The notes: generated by a model not told the origin, from the letters alone. DNA of 64,000 nucleotides from Candidatus Levyibacteriota bacterium (GCA_003173895.1 PJMG01000001.1:15576-79575); one strand, 5' to 3'. Shown: positions 18,775 through 27,440, numbered from the stretch's first letter. Program-made: numbers and translations.

Positions 18775-19797
18775 TTATTTTATTAAAGATATCAAATCTT
18801 TAGGATCTTTCATATCAGGAAGTAAATTAAGTTCTTCACCAATTCCATATCTCTTTGACAATTCATAAGTGAGCCTTAGGGCAGAGTAGTCTTCTAAACC
18901 AATTCCTACAGAATCAAATAATGTTATCTCTTTATCATTTTCGCGTCCTTTTTGATTACCATTTATTATTTCAAACATTTCAGCACTTACCATTTTTTTA
19001 GCATCTTTCAGTTTTAAACGTTGAATTTCTCCTTCTATAAAAGATTGTTCAAAATATTCGACGACAATTCTGCTCCTATTTAGAATACTTAACTCAAGCT
19101 CTGTTTTTCCCACTGTATCTCCTCCAAGTGCATTAAGATGCATACCATTTTTAACCCAATCATTTTTAATTACATCTACATTGGCTTTACAAGCAGTACA
19201 AACTGTAATAATATCTGCATTTTCTATTGTTTCCTGTACATTTTTGCCACGAACAAGCTTAAGTCCACTATCTTTCATATTTTTTTCAAATTTATCCATT
19301 GCTTTAGCATCAATATCAAAGTATCTTACTTCTTTAATATCTCTAATTAATTGCATACCTTTAACTTGAAATTCACTTTGAGCACCTGTACCAATAACGG
19401 CTAAAACTTTAGCATTTTTTCGCGCCATTAAATTTGTAGCTAAAGCAGAATTAGCAGCAGTTCGAAGAGCAGTAAGTAAAGTCATCTCACTGAACATGAG
19501 TGGATAGCCTGTATCAATTCGTGACAACTGACCTGTGGCCACTATGGTCATTTTCCCACTTTCTGGATTTTTAGGATGACAATTTACATATTTAAATGTG
19601 TAATAAAGTTCATTATCACAAATAGGCATGAGCTCTAAAACTCCACCAGGAACATGCATAGCAGGGCGGGGCATTTTAGTAAATTTATCCCACCTACTAT
19701 AATCTCTCTTTAATGCTTCCATTAAATCTTTCAGATAGTTTTCAAAACCATGTTTTTCTAAAATTTTATTTAATGATTCAATTGATATTATTTTCAT
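18775..19797 (-). CDS. Ornithine cyclodeaminase/mu-crystallin family protein
   Basis: OCD-like pattern: LLTALRTAANSALAT, Rossmann VLAVIGTGAQS. Confidence 0.75.
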   Translation of the reverse strand: MKIISIESLNKILEKHGFENYLKDLMEALKRDYSRWDKFTKMPRPAMHVPGGVLELMPICDNELYYTFKYVNCHPKNPESGKMTIVATGQLSRIDTGYPLMFSEMTLLTALRTAANSALATNLMARKNAKVLAVIGTGAQSEFQVKGMQLIRDIKEVRYFDIDAKAMDKFEKNMKDSGLKLVRGKNVQETIENADIITVCTACKANVDVIKNDWVKNGMHLNALGGDTVGKTELELSILNRSRIVVEYFEQSFIEGEIQRLKLKDAKKMVSAEMFEIINGNQKGRENDKEITLFDSVGIGLEDYSALRLTYELSKRYGIGEELNLLPDMKDPKDLISLIK

Positions 19798-20047
19798 ATA
19801 TTTTTAAACAAAAAACCCTTGTAAAAACACCAATAAAAATATTGATATTCTTACAAGGGCCCTTCGACATTGCTCCGGACGGTACCACCTTGCTTTTACT
19901 CATTCATCCTCTTCTTTTATCTTTAAACAAAGAGTGCTGTCTTTTACACTTTCGCCTGTGTAGCTGCTCATCGCAGTCAGCTCATGGGTGGGAAACCCAA
20001 TCAACGCTTTATAAATTAAGTATACAAACTAAATTTAACTACGTCAA
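19798..20047 (-). promoter_or_regulatory. T-box leader (tRNA-sensing riboswitch) with promoter and intrinsic terminator, upstream of ocd-proS
   Basis: Minus-strand RNA contains the T-box motif GGUGGUACCG (forward 19880-19889). Next is a terminator hairpin CCCUUGUAA...UUACAAGGG + U6 (forward 19809-19859), then the ocd ATG. Promoter TTGACG-17-TATACT lies at forward 20019-20047. Confidence 0.6.
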
Positions 20048-20140
20048 TAATTAAAAAACTACTTTAGGAAAAAGAAATTTATTTCTTTCTTCTTACATTT
20101 TTCATATTGCAGCTTTGCAAAGGAAGCATTTAATATATCT

Positions 20141-20539
20141 ATGATTAGAAAAGCGGTAGTAGTGGAAGACAATACACCTACTATTGATTCTACTACATCA
20201 CTTAAAACTAAAAAAACTATTTTTCGATTTTATCAAGTAGTGTGGTATATATTGGGAACCATTGAATTATTACTAGCTTTTCGCTTTGCATTAAAATTAT
20301 TAGCAGCTAATCCCTATAGTTATTTTACTAATTTCATTTATAGTCTTTCCTATCCTTTAGTTTTACCTTTCGAAGGCATATTAAGAACTCCTTATATTAC
20401 TAATGGTTATATTTTTGAATGGTCTACTTTGATAGCTATGGCTGTTTATTTAGTTGTTGCTTATCTTATAGTAGAACTTTTACAACTTATCAAACCCGTT
20501 TCTCCAGAAGAAGTAGAAGAGGGTATAAATGAAGAATGA
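20141..20539 (+). CDS. Small integral membrane protein (YggT-like)
   Basis: Two predicted TM segments. The pattern FRFALKLLAANPYS...PLVLPFEGIL resembles YggT. Confidence 0.4.
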   Translation: MIRKAVVVEDNTPTIDSTTSLKTKKTIFRFYQVVWYILGTIELLLAFRFALKLLAANPYSYFTNFIYSLSYPLVLPFEGILRTPYITNGYIFEWSTLIAMAVYLVVAYLIVELLQLIKPVSPEEVEEGINEE

Positions 20540-20552
20540 AAGTAGGTGAAGT

Positions 20553-20696
20553 ATGGGAATATTAGTAACAATTGCTTTAATACTAGTAATATTTTGGTTA
20601 TTAGGTTTTATTTTTCATATAGCTGGAGCTTTTATTCATATTTTATTAGTTTTAGCAGTAATAAGCTTTATAGCAGGGTTTTTTATAAAGAAATAA
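20553..20696 (+). CDS. lmo0937-family small membrane protein (47 aa), not in ORF track
   Basis: ATG at 20553 is preceded by AGGTGA. The product is MGILVTIALILVIFWLLGFIFHIAGAFIHILLVLAVISFIAGFFIKK. Confidence 0.5.
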   Translation: MGILVTIALILVIFWLLGFIFHIAGAFIHILLVLAVISFIAGFFIKK

Positions 20697-20744
20697 TTCT
20701 TAAAGCATTAACAAATATACGAGTTGTGGTATTATTTGTTAACT

Positions 20745-21539
20745 ATGTTTGATGATTTTAAAAAAGAAATAAACCCCTATTGGATACAACTTTTAATGGG
20801 CGGTGGTAGATTATCAGTTAAAAATTCTATCCTTCGAATGTCCTATGAATCTTCACGTAGCAATTACTATACTTTGTCTCAGATTGATGATTGTACTGTT
20901 TATGCGAGAAAAGATTTTCGTTGGAAATTACCTCTTAGAATGACAGTAAAAGCACGTTTTTCACTACCAGCATCTAATCTTCAAACTAAAAATGGATTTC
21001 TAAAAGGTACTGCTGGTTTTGGTTTTTGGAATAATACATTTTCAGTGGATGGACGCGTTCATACTTTACCTGAAGCTATTTGGTTTTTCTATTCAGCTCC
21101 TCCTTCTAATATGAAACTCCTTCCCGGAATTCCAGGATGGGGATGGAAAGCTCAAGTAGTACATACTGCCAGGATAGAAAGTTTTGCTAATGTTTTACCT
21201 ATGGCTGCGGCTATTGGGTTAAATAGATTAACTGGTTACTCTAAACCTGGTGAGCATTTAATGCAACATTTAGCCGGCTCAGATGAAGTACTTATCAATG
21301 AAGATATAACTAAATGGCATGAATATAAATTAGAATGGTATAAAAATTATGCTAAATTTTGGGTAGATGGAAAATTAGTTTTGAGAAGCAAATATGCACC
21401 CTCACGACCTTTAGGCTTCGTAGCTTGGATTGATAATCTTTATGCTATAGCTACACCAATGGGAATCTATAAATTTGGAAAAGTTGATACAAGCTCTCAA
21501 TGGATGGATCTGGATTCAATTAAGATTGAGAAATTATAA
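20745..21539 (+). CDS. Hypothetical protein, possibly concanavalin-A-like/GH16-like beta-sandwich
   Basis: EWYKNYAKFWVDGKLVL-type segment. An alternative TTG start at 20724 is possible. Weak. Confidence 0.4.
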   Translation: MFDDFKKEINPYWIQLLMGGGRLSVKNSILRMSYESSRSNYYTLSQIDDCTVYARKDFRWKLPLRMTVKARFSLPASNLQTKNGFLKGTAGFGFWNNTFSVDGRVHTLPEAIWFFYSAPPSNMKLLPGIPGWGWKAQVVHTARIESFANVLPMAAAIGLNRLTGYSKPGEHLMQHLAGSDEVLINEDITKWHEYKLEWYKNYAKFWVDGKLVLRSKYAPSRPLGFVAWIDNLYAIATPMGIYKFGKVDTSSQWMDLDSIKIEKL

Positions 21540-21553
21540 GGAAATTTCATTTG

Positions 21554-21636
21554 TGCGGATGAGAGGAGTTGAACCTCCACACTCTTGCGAGCACAGCCAC
21601 CTCAAGGCTGCGTGTATACCATTTCACCACATCCGC
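21554..21636 (-). tRNA. tRNA-Leu (anticodon GAG)
   Basis: Reverse-complement cloverleaf with a long variable arm and anticodon loop TTGAGGT. Confidence 0.75.
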
Positions 21637-21697
21637 GTGTGTACAATTATAACAAATCTTACTATTCAGCTGTTGAAGTAAATTTCAAATAACTTAG

Positions 21698-21781
21698 TGT
21701 CGGGGGAGGGACTTGAACCCTCACGCTTTTTAAAGCATAGCGTTCTGAACACTACGTGTCTACCAATTCCACCACCTCGAC
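21698..21781 (-). tRNA. tRNA-Leu (anticodon CAG)
   Basis: Reverse-complement cloverleaf with a long variable arm and anticodon loop TTCAGAA. One acceptor-stem mismatch. Confidence 0.7.
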
Positions 21782-21884
21782 ATGCTTTTAAATTATACAC
21801 TCAAATAAGCATAATTCCTACTTCTTTATTCAAAATTCCTATCAAAATTTGACAAGTTTTTTAAAAAGTGACACTATAAATTGG

Positions 21885-22460
21885 ATGCGGAAACTGCTCA
21901 GTTTTTTCACATTTTTTGCTATTACACCGCTAGTACTTTTAATAAGTATAGTGTTTTTTTCTTATCGAAGTTTCCAAAGTCAAAACGCATTTAACATAAC
22001 TAATCTTTATCCATCTAAAACCATAGCTTTTTCAGCTATTCCTACGGATCCAAATTTAATAGATACTCAAATTAATACTAGTGATAGTAGAATAGAGCGG
22101 CTTTATCATTTTTTTAGTGTATACAATTCACCTTTAGCCAATTATGCACAGCAATTTGTAAGCGTAGCTGATCAATATGGTTTAGACTATAGACTTCTAC
22201 CTGCTATAGCTGCTCAAGAATCAGGACTTTGTGCTACCGCACCTAAAGATTCATATAATTGTTGGGGATGGGGAATTTATACTCATAAAATGACTATTTT
22301 TTCTTCTTATGCGGATGCTATTAATTCTATTGGTAGACAAATGTCCCAAAATTATTATAGTAAAGGGCTAACTACACCTGAATCTATTGGTAAAGTTTAT
22401 AACCCAGCTAGCCCAGAAGGATGGGCTAATCATATAAATTACTTCATAAATCAAATCTAA
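21885..22460 (+). CDS. Secreted/membrane-anchored lysozyme-like protein (glucosaminidase/lytic transglycosylase-like), paralogue 1
   Basis: N-terminal TM/signal segment. LPAIAAQESGLCATAPKDSYNCWGWGIY resembles glucosaminidase and SLT catalytic segments. Paralogous to 24884..25435. Confidence 0.45.
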   Translation: MRKLLSFFTFFAITPLVLLISIVFFSYRSFQSQNAFNITNLYPSKTIAFSAIPTDPNLIDTQINTSDSRIERLYHFFSVYNSPLANYAQQFVSVADQYGLDYRLLPAIAAQESGLCATAPKDSYNCWGWGIYTHKMTIFSSYADAINSIGRQMSQNYYSKGLTTPESIGKVYNPASPEGWANHINYFINQI

Positions 22461-22480
22461 AGATATTATATAATCATTGG

Positions 22481-23923
22481 GTGAATAAAGTTTCTCAACC
22501 AAATCTCAAATCAAAAGTCATTAAATCTTTTTCCTATTTACTTTTAAGAGAAGCTGGCATGAAAATTTTTGCTTTTTTAGGTCAGATTTTCTTAGCAAGA
22601 CTTCTTTTACCAACGGACTTTGGAATTTTTGCTATTTTTTCTTTTGTAATAAATTTTTTCCAACTTTTTACTACGTTAGGTTTTAATTATTCTATTATTC
22701 AACGGGAAAAAGAGATTACTAAAAAAGAAATTAATACTTCTTTTTTTATTCAAGAATTTTTTTCATTTTTATTTGTAATTTTAATTTTTATATTTGGCTC
22801 TAACTTAAAATTATTTTATCCAAATTTATCTACTACCAACATTTCTTGGTTAAAACTCTTCTCCTTAGGTATGATTATTACTCCCTATAGTAATACTGTT
22901 ACTGCTATTTTGGAGCGAAAATTAAGTTATAAGAAAGTTTCATTTGTAGAATTAAGTGGAGTAGTGATTTATGAAATTATAGCAGTAATTTTAGCTTTTC
23001 AGAGAATGGGTGTATTAAGTTTTATAATAGCAATTTTAGTGAAAGAAGTTTTTCAAGATATTTTACTTTTCATTTTAGAACCTTATTTACCAACTTTATC
23101 TTTTGATGCTAGAAAAATTAGATCACTTTTAAATTTTGGGCTTTTTGTGCAATTTCAGGGATTTTTAACTCTACTTTTAAATTCACTAAATCCCATTATT
23201 ATAGGTAAATTTCTTAATACATATTTTGTGGGTATTATTGATTTTGCAGCTACTATTGGCTATGCGCCTGAAGCACTAGCAGATAATTTAGGAAGAGTAT
23301 CCTTTGCTTCATTTTCTCGAATTCAAAAACAGAGAAAATCTCTTATAAGAGCAGCTCAAATCTCCACTAGTTTTATAGCATCTATTTGTTTTTTTGTTCT
23401 TATGATTATTTTTACCAGTGGATTTGATTTAATCAATTTTGTCTTCACTAGTAAATGGGTACTTTCTATCATTTCTATTTATTTCTTTTCTATTTCTATG
23501 CTTTTTTATTCTCTAAGAAGTCCATTGGTACAGATAGTTTTAGCTATGGGTAAATCTAAAGTATATTTTAGTATTAATTTAATAGGTTTTATTATCCAAG
23601 TAATATTATCATTAATCTTAATCAAACACTTTTCTTATAATTCTATAGCCATTGCAGCAGCTATTTCTACATTTTTAACTTACTTAATGTACCTTATAGT
23701 TCTTAATTTTCTCGATACAAATATAGGAAGCTTAAGGCTAATTATGCCCAAAATATTTATCTTTATATTGTCTTTAATTTTTAATTATGGCATGATCTTT
23801 TATCTGGTAAATATCACTTTTTGGTATAAAATAGCTTTTGATAGCATTTTTTATTTCTTATTATATTTTGTGTTCTGTAAAGAAGAATTTAAAGAACTTT
23901 TATCTTTAGTTAAAAACATTTAA
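22481..23923 (+). CDS. MOP-superfamily flippase (Wzx/MurJ-like polysaccharide biosynthesis protein)
   Basis: Polytopic membrane protein with Polysacc_synt-like N-terminus. Confidence 0.6.
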   Translation: MNKVSQPNLKSKVIKSFSYLLLREAGMKIFAFLGQIFLARLLLPTDFGIFAIFSFVINFFQLFTTLGFNYSIIQREKEITKKEINTSFFIQEFFSFLFVILIFIFGSNLKLFYPNLSTTNISWLKLFSLGMIITPYSNTVTAILERKLSYKKVSFVELSGVVIYEIIAVILAFQRMGVLSFIIAILVKEVFQDILLFILEPYLPTLSFDARKIRSLLNFGLFVQFQGFLTLLLNSLNPIIIGKFLNTYFVGIIDFAATIGYAPEALADNLGRVSFASFSRIQKQRKSLIRAAQISTSFIASICFFVLMIIFTSGFDLINFVFTSKWVLSIISIYFFSISMLFYSLRSPLVQIVLAMGKSKVYFSINLIGFIIQVILSLILIKHFSYNSIAIAAAISTFLTYLMYLIVLNFLDTNIGSLRLIMPKIFIFILSLIFNYGMIFYLVNITFWYKIAFDSIFYFLLYFVFCKEEFKELLSLVKNI

Positions 23924-24004
23924 CTTCAACTATTTAGACTCTTACTCTAATCCAATCGCTTGCTTGACCTATATTAATATCTTTAGTAAAATGCTGTCTT
24001 AGAT

Positions 24005-24655
24005 ATGACAAATGAAATAATTTCTAATCTCATAGGAGTTACTAAAAGATGGTTCGTAGGTGGTCAAAACATCCGAGAATTTGATTTAGATAAATCTCTC
24101 TTAGATCAAGAGAGTAATATTCTATTAAATGATTTGAAGTATAAAGTGGATCTCTTTGTAAAAATTTTTGGAAATCAAATAAATTCAATTATTTCCAATA
24201 CCGATTATTTTAATACATTTAAATCTTCATTAGGACTTATATTATTACCTTTAAATGTAGATAGTAACTACAATGTGGATATAATTAGAAATGTGCAAAA
24301 TAAATTAAAAGAAGAAGCACCTACTTTAGAAACTTTATCTGTTCAAGATTATTATAAATCTGTAATGACATCTGGTCTAGCTGCTGAAATTGGTCCGTTA
24401 TGGCAAGAGAGATTAAACTTAGAACGATTAAATACAGATTTTATTAGGAAATATTCTAATTCATCTTATGTAGGTGAAGATGTATTAAAACAAGATGATA
24501 ATAGAAATGAAGAAATTAGTAGAAGAATAAGGTTATTAAACAATTATCCATCTGAATATGATAGATATCAAGCTGATAGACAACAGGCAGATTTACTGGA
24601 TTTGAAAATCAAATACATATTACAATCTTTTGAAAGTAGGGCAGTTACAAAATAG
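24005..24655 (+). CDS. Hypothetical protein
   Basis: ORF downstream of promoter TTGACC-17-TAAAAT at about 23960-23990. Confidence 0.4.
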   Translation: MTNEIISNLIGVTKRWFVGGQNIREFDLDKSLLDQESNILLNDLKYKVDLFVKIFGNQINSIISNTDYFNTFKSSLGLILLPLNVDSNYNVDIIRNVQNKLKEEAPTLETLSVQDYYKSVMTSGLAAEIGPLWQERLNLERLNTDFIRKYSNSSYVGEDVLKQDDNRNEEISRRIRLLNNYPSEYDRYQADRQQADLLDLKIKYILQSFESRAVTK

Positions 24656-24756
24656 ACTAAATTTAGTCTTATATTAAGATAGCATTTGCTAGAGATCCTC
24701 ATTTTAGCCTCATTTTTAGACCAAAATATTCATTCGCTTTAATTTCGTATTGCCCC

Positions 24757-24838
24757 TTGACAATCCTATAATTATTTGGTAATATATTTATTAGATCCTA
24801 AGGTATGCCTATCCAATGCATACGTTAGGATTTTTTTT
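24757..24838 (+). promoter_or_regulatory. Promoter (TTGACA-17-TAATAT) followed immediately by a long hairpin + U8 (small RNA or leader attenuator)
   Basis: TTGACA at 24757-24762, TAATAT at 24780-24785. Hairpin GATCCTAAGGTATGC...GCATACGTTAGGAT + T8 spans 24794-24838. Confidence 0.4.
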
Positions 24839-24883
24839 ATGCACTAATATTTATGTAATAGTGCAAGGTAAATCAAACAATTT

Positions 24884-25435
24884 ATGAAGACAAAAATTAT
24901 ATTTTTTGTCCTCACAATATTTTCTCTTCTTCTTTTTAAATTTCCACAACCTATCTCAGCAGACACTCAAAATTCTAATTTTAGAGCTGTCTTAACTTCT
25001 AGTGATACTAGTGATTATCGTGCTATGGCTCTTAAGAGTTTTTTAGAGAAAAATAATTCTCCTTTAGCACCTTATGCCTTTTATATGGTAAATAAAGCTG
25101 ATCAATATGCTATACCTTGGGATTTACTAGCTGCTATATCAGGAACTGAATCTACTTGGGCTACAGCAGAACCCGCTAACTGTTATAACGCTTGGGGATT
25201 TGGAATTTATGGGGATCAAACTCGCTGTTTTAATTCATATGAAGAGGCAATTGACACTATTTCTAAATCTATCCGAACAGATTATATTGATAAAGGTGGA
25301 TGTAGATATGTAGATGACATTGGCAGAATGTATGCGTCATCTCCTTATTGGGCTGATCATACTAAAGGTTTCATGCAACAAATCGAAGACTACGCTGAAA
25401 GTTATAAAATTTATTCACTTCCAATTTCCATGTAA
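24884..25435 (+). CDS. Secreted lysozyme-like protein, paralogue 2
   Basis: Signal peptide. LLAAISGTESTWATAEPANCYNAWGFGIY aligns with the paralogue 1 catalytic segment. Confidence 0.45.
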   Translation: MKTKIIFFVLTIFSLLLFKFPQPISADTQNSNFRAVLTSSDTSDYRAMALKSFLEKNNSPLAPYAFYMVNKADQYAIPWDLLAAISGTESTWATAEPANCYNAWGFGIYGDQTRCFNSYEEAIDTISKSIRTDYIDKGGCRYVDDIGRMYASSPYWADHTKGFMQQIEDYAESYKIYSLPISM

Positions 25436-25457
25436 GATTTGGTATACTAAGTCTCAC

Positions 25458-25539
25458 GGGTCGGTGGCGGAATTGGTATACGCGTATGGTTTAGGACCAT
25501 ATCCCGCAAGGGTTGGGGGTTCAAGTCCCTTCCGACCCA
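25458..25539 (+). tRNA. tRNA-Leu (anticodon TAG)
   Basis: Acceptor GGGTCGG/CCGACCC, anticodon stem TATGG/CCATA with loop TTTAGGA, long variable arm CCCGCAAGGG. Confidence 0.75.
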
Positions 25540-25551
25540 CTAATTAAACTT

Positions 25552-26460
25552 ATGGCAAATAAGAAAACACAAACTAAAAAAACCGAAGTTAAGAAGACAG
25601 AAGAGCAGTCAACTAAAACTGCTACTCAACCTGGTATGAAGCGTGAAGAGAATGGAAATATAGTTTTAACTATAGCCATTCCAAGTGCCAATATTAAAAA
25701 AGTCTATGAGGAAGAAATAGGAAATGCAGTAAAAAATGCTACTTTACCTGGATTTAGGCCCGGAACTGCACCTAGAGCCATGGTGGAACCTAAATTAGAT
25801 AAAGAGAAATTAAAAGAAGAAGCTTTGAAAAAACTATTACCGGAATTTTATTTAAAAGCTATTGATGAAAATAAATTAAAACCTGTTATCTCTCCTAGAA
25901 TTCATATAGAAAAATTAGATGATCCAGAAATGGGGAATAATTGGACATTTGAAGCGACTACTTGTGAAGGACCTGACGTGAATTTAGGGAACTATAAAGA
26001 TGATATAAAAAAACTAACTGCTAAAAGCAAAATTATAGTTCCAGGAAAAGAACAACCAAAACCTAGTTTAGATGAAATTTTAGCAATACTCGTAAAATCA
26101 GTAAAAGTACTTATGCCTCAAATTATATTAGATGCTGAAACTGAAAGACTTTTATCACAGCTTTTAAATGAAATTAAAAGACTAGGGTTAACTTTAGACC
26201 AATATTTAGGATCAAGTAAAAAAACTATTGAGGAGTTAAAAAAAGATTATGAAGAAAAAGCTAAAGCTGATTTAACTATAGAGTTTGCATTGGCTAAAAT
26301 AGCTGATACAGAAAAAATTGAAGTTGCTCCAGAAGAATTAAATGAAGCTTTAACTAAAGCCCAAAGTCCTGCGGAAAAAGAACAGCTTCAAAAAAATATG
26401 TATCTACTAGCTAGTGTTCTAAGACAGCAAAAAACTTTAGACTTTTTGAAAAACCTTTGA
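25552..26460 (+). CDS. tig: Trigger factor-like chaperone (N- and C-terminal domains; PPIase domain apparently absent)
   Basis: Ribosome-binding signature LPGFRPGTAP. C-terminal arm-like region. Only about 300 aa, so there is no room for an FKBP domain. The start is set at ATG 25552 because the track start overlaps the tRNA. Confidence 0.65.
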   Translation: MANKKTQTKKTEVKKTEEQSTKTATQPGMKREENGNIVLTIAIPSANIKKVYEEEIGNAVKNATLPGFRPGTAPRAMVEPKLDKEKLKEEALKKLLPEFYLKAIDENKLKPVISPRIHIEKLDDPEMGNNWTFEATTCEGPDVNLGNYKDDIKKLTAKSKIIVPGKEQPKPSLDEILAILVKSVKVLMPQIILDAETERLLSQLLNEIKRLGLTLDQYLGSSKKTIEELKKDYEEKAKADLTIEFALAKIADTEKIEVAPEELNEALTKAQSPAEKEQLQKNMYLLASVLRQQKTLDFLKNL

Positions 26461-26472
26461 TAGTATATTCTT

Positions 26473-27261
26473 GTGAATGACGATAAAAATAATAACGATC
26501 CTCTAAAAATTCAGCTTTTTGGTAAACCCACTAATGCGTCTACTAGTTCTTTAAAGAACCAAGTTTTAGGCCCTTCTAAACCTGTTCATAAAAAACCACC
26601 TAAAATAATTCATAATTATGAAACCTTATCAGAACCTGTAGACGAATTAAAAAAAGACTTAAATAAACAAGTGGGCGCTAAAGATAGTATTAAAAAAGCC
26701 TGGGAACAACTATTGGGTGCAGATAATCTTTTCTTTGGTAAAACTGGTGGGAGTAGTGGAGGACTAGAACCAGGACAAGAACTAGATTTAAAAGCATTAC
26801 AACAGCAGCAAGAACAAAAAAATGAAGAAGAGCAAAAAAAACATAATATAGATCCTCATATTAAATATAAGGATGAAATCTTACATGGTACTGAAAGAGC
26901 CATTCAAAAAGAACGTCAAGAAACTACTCGTCAAGTACAGGAATTAGTAGTAGACGTAAGACAAGCAGGTGCGGCAGCCCAAATGGACAGACAAGCTATT
27001 CAAGCTACTGAAGGTTCTATGCAAGATGTAGGTATATCTCATAAAAGACATTTACAACGATTATTATCCTGGCTCCAAGAGTTAAAAACTAAACTAGAAG
27101 ATGGAGAAAGTTGGGTAAATGCAGTACAAGGTAAGAAAAATATGAAAGGTAAAATCGGTGCTCCTGCTAAACAACAATCTAAACATCAGATGAATATTAA
27201 GAAAATGGGAGAAAAATATAGACAATCCGGAGAGCGTGCTCTTAATAGCTCTGGAAATTAG
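26473..27261 (+). CDS. Hypothetical coiled-coil protein
   Basis: ORF with charged, Q-rich composition. Confidence 0.4.
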   Translation: MNDDKNNNDPLKIQLFGKPTNASTSSLKNQVLGPSKPVHKKPPKIIHNYETLSEPVDELKKDLNKQVGAKDSIKKAWEQLLGADNLFFGKTGGSSGGLEPGQELDLKALQQQQEQKNEEEQKKHNIDPHIKYKDEILHGTERAIQKERQETTRQVQELVVDVRQAGAAAQMDRQAIQATEGSMQDVGISHKRHLQRLLSWLQELKTKLEDGESWVNAVQGKKNMKGKIGAPAKQQSKHQMNIKKMGEKYRQSGERALNSSGN

Positions 27262-27407
27262 TTTCACAATTTTATTGACTTATTTACTATTATAATGCTA
27301 AACTAATAAACATTATGAATTGGCAGTGCCTTCACTATACAACTATTAATCTCTCAGCTAGAGGGATGCATTTGTGTGGGAGGATACAAGTCTAAAAAGA
27401 AATTAAA

Positions 27408-27440
27408 TAAAAAATTCAACCTCCCAAAATGGGAGGTTTT
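27408..27440 (+). terminator. Intrinsic terminator/attenuator hairpin AACCUCCC-AAAA-UGGGAGGUU + U-run
   Basis: Perfect inverted repeat followed by a T-run, immediately before the ATG at 27450. Confidence 0.5.

Noticed and set aside
19713-20054. 113-aa plus-strand ORF
   Set aside because: Lies antisense to the ocd 5' leader and overlaps the T-box, terminator and promoter. It has no SD, and its GC-rich composition is explained by the structured RNA.
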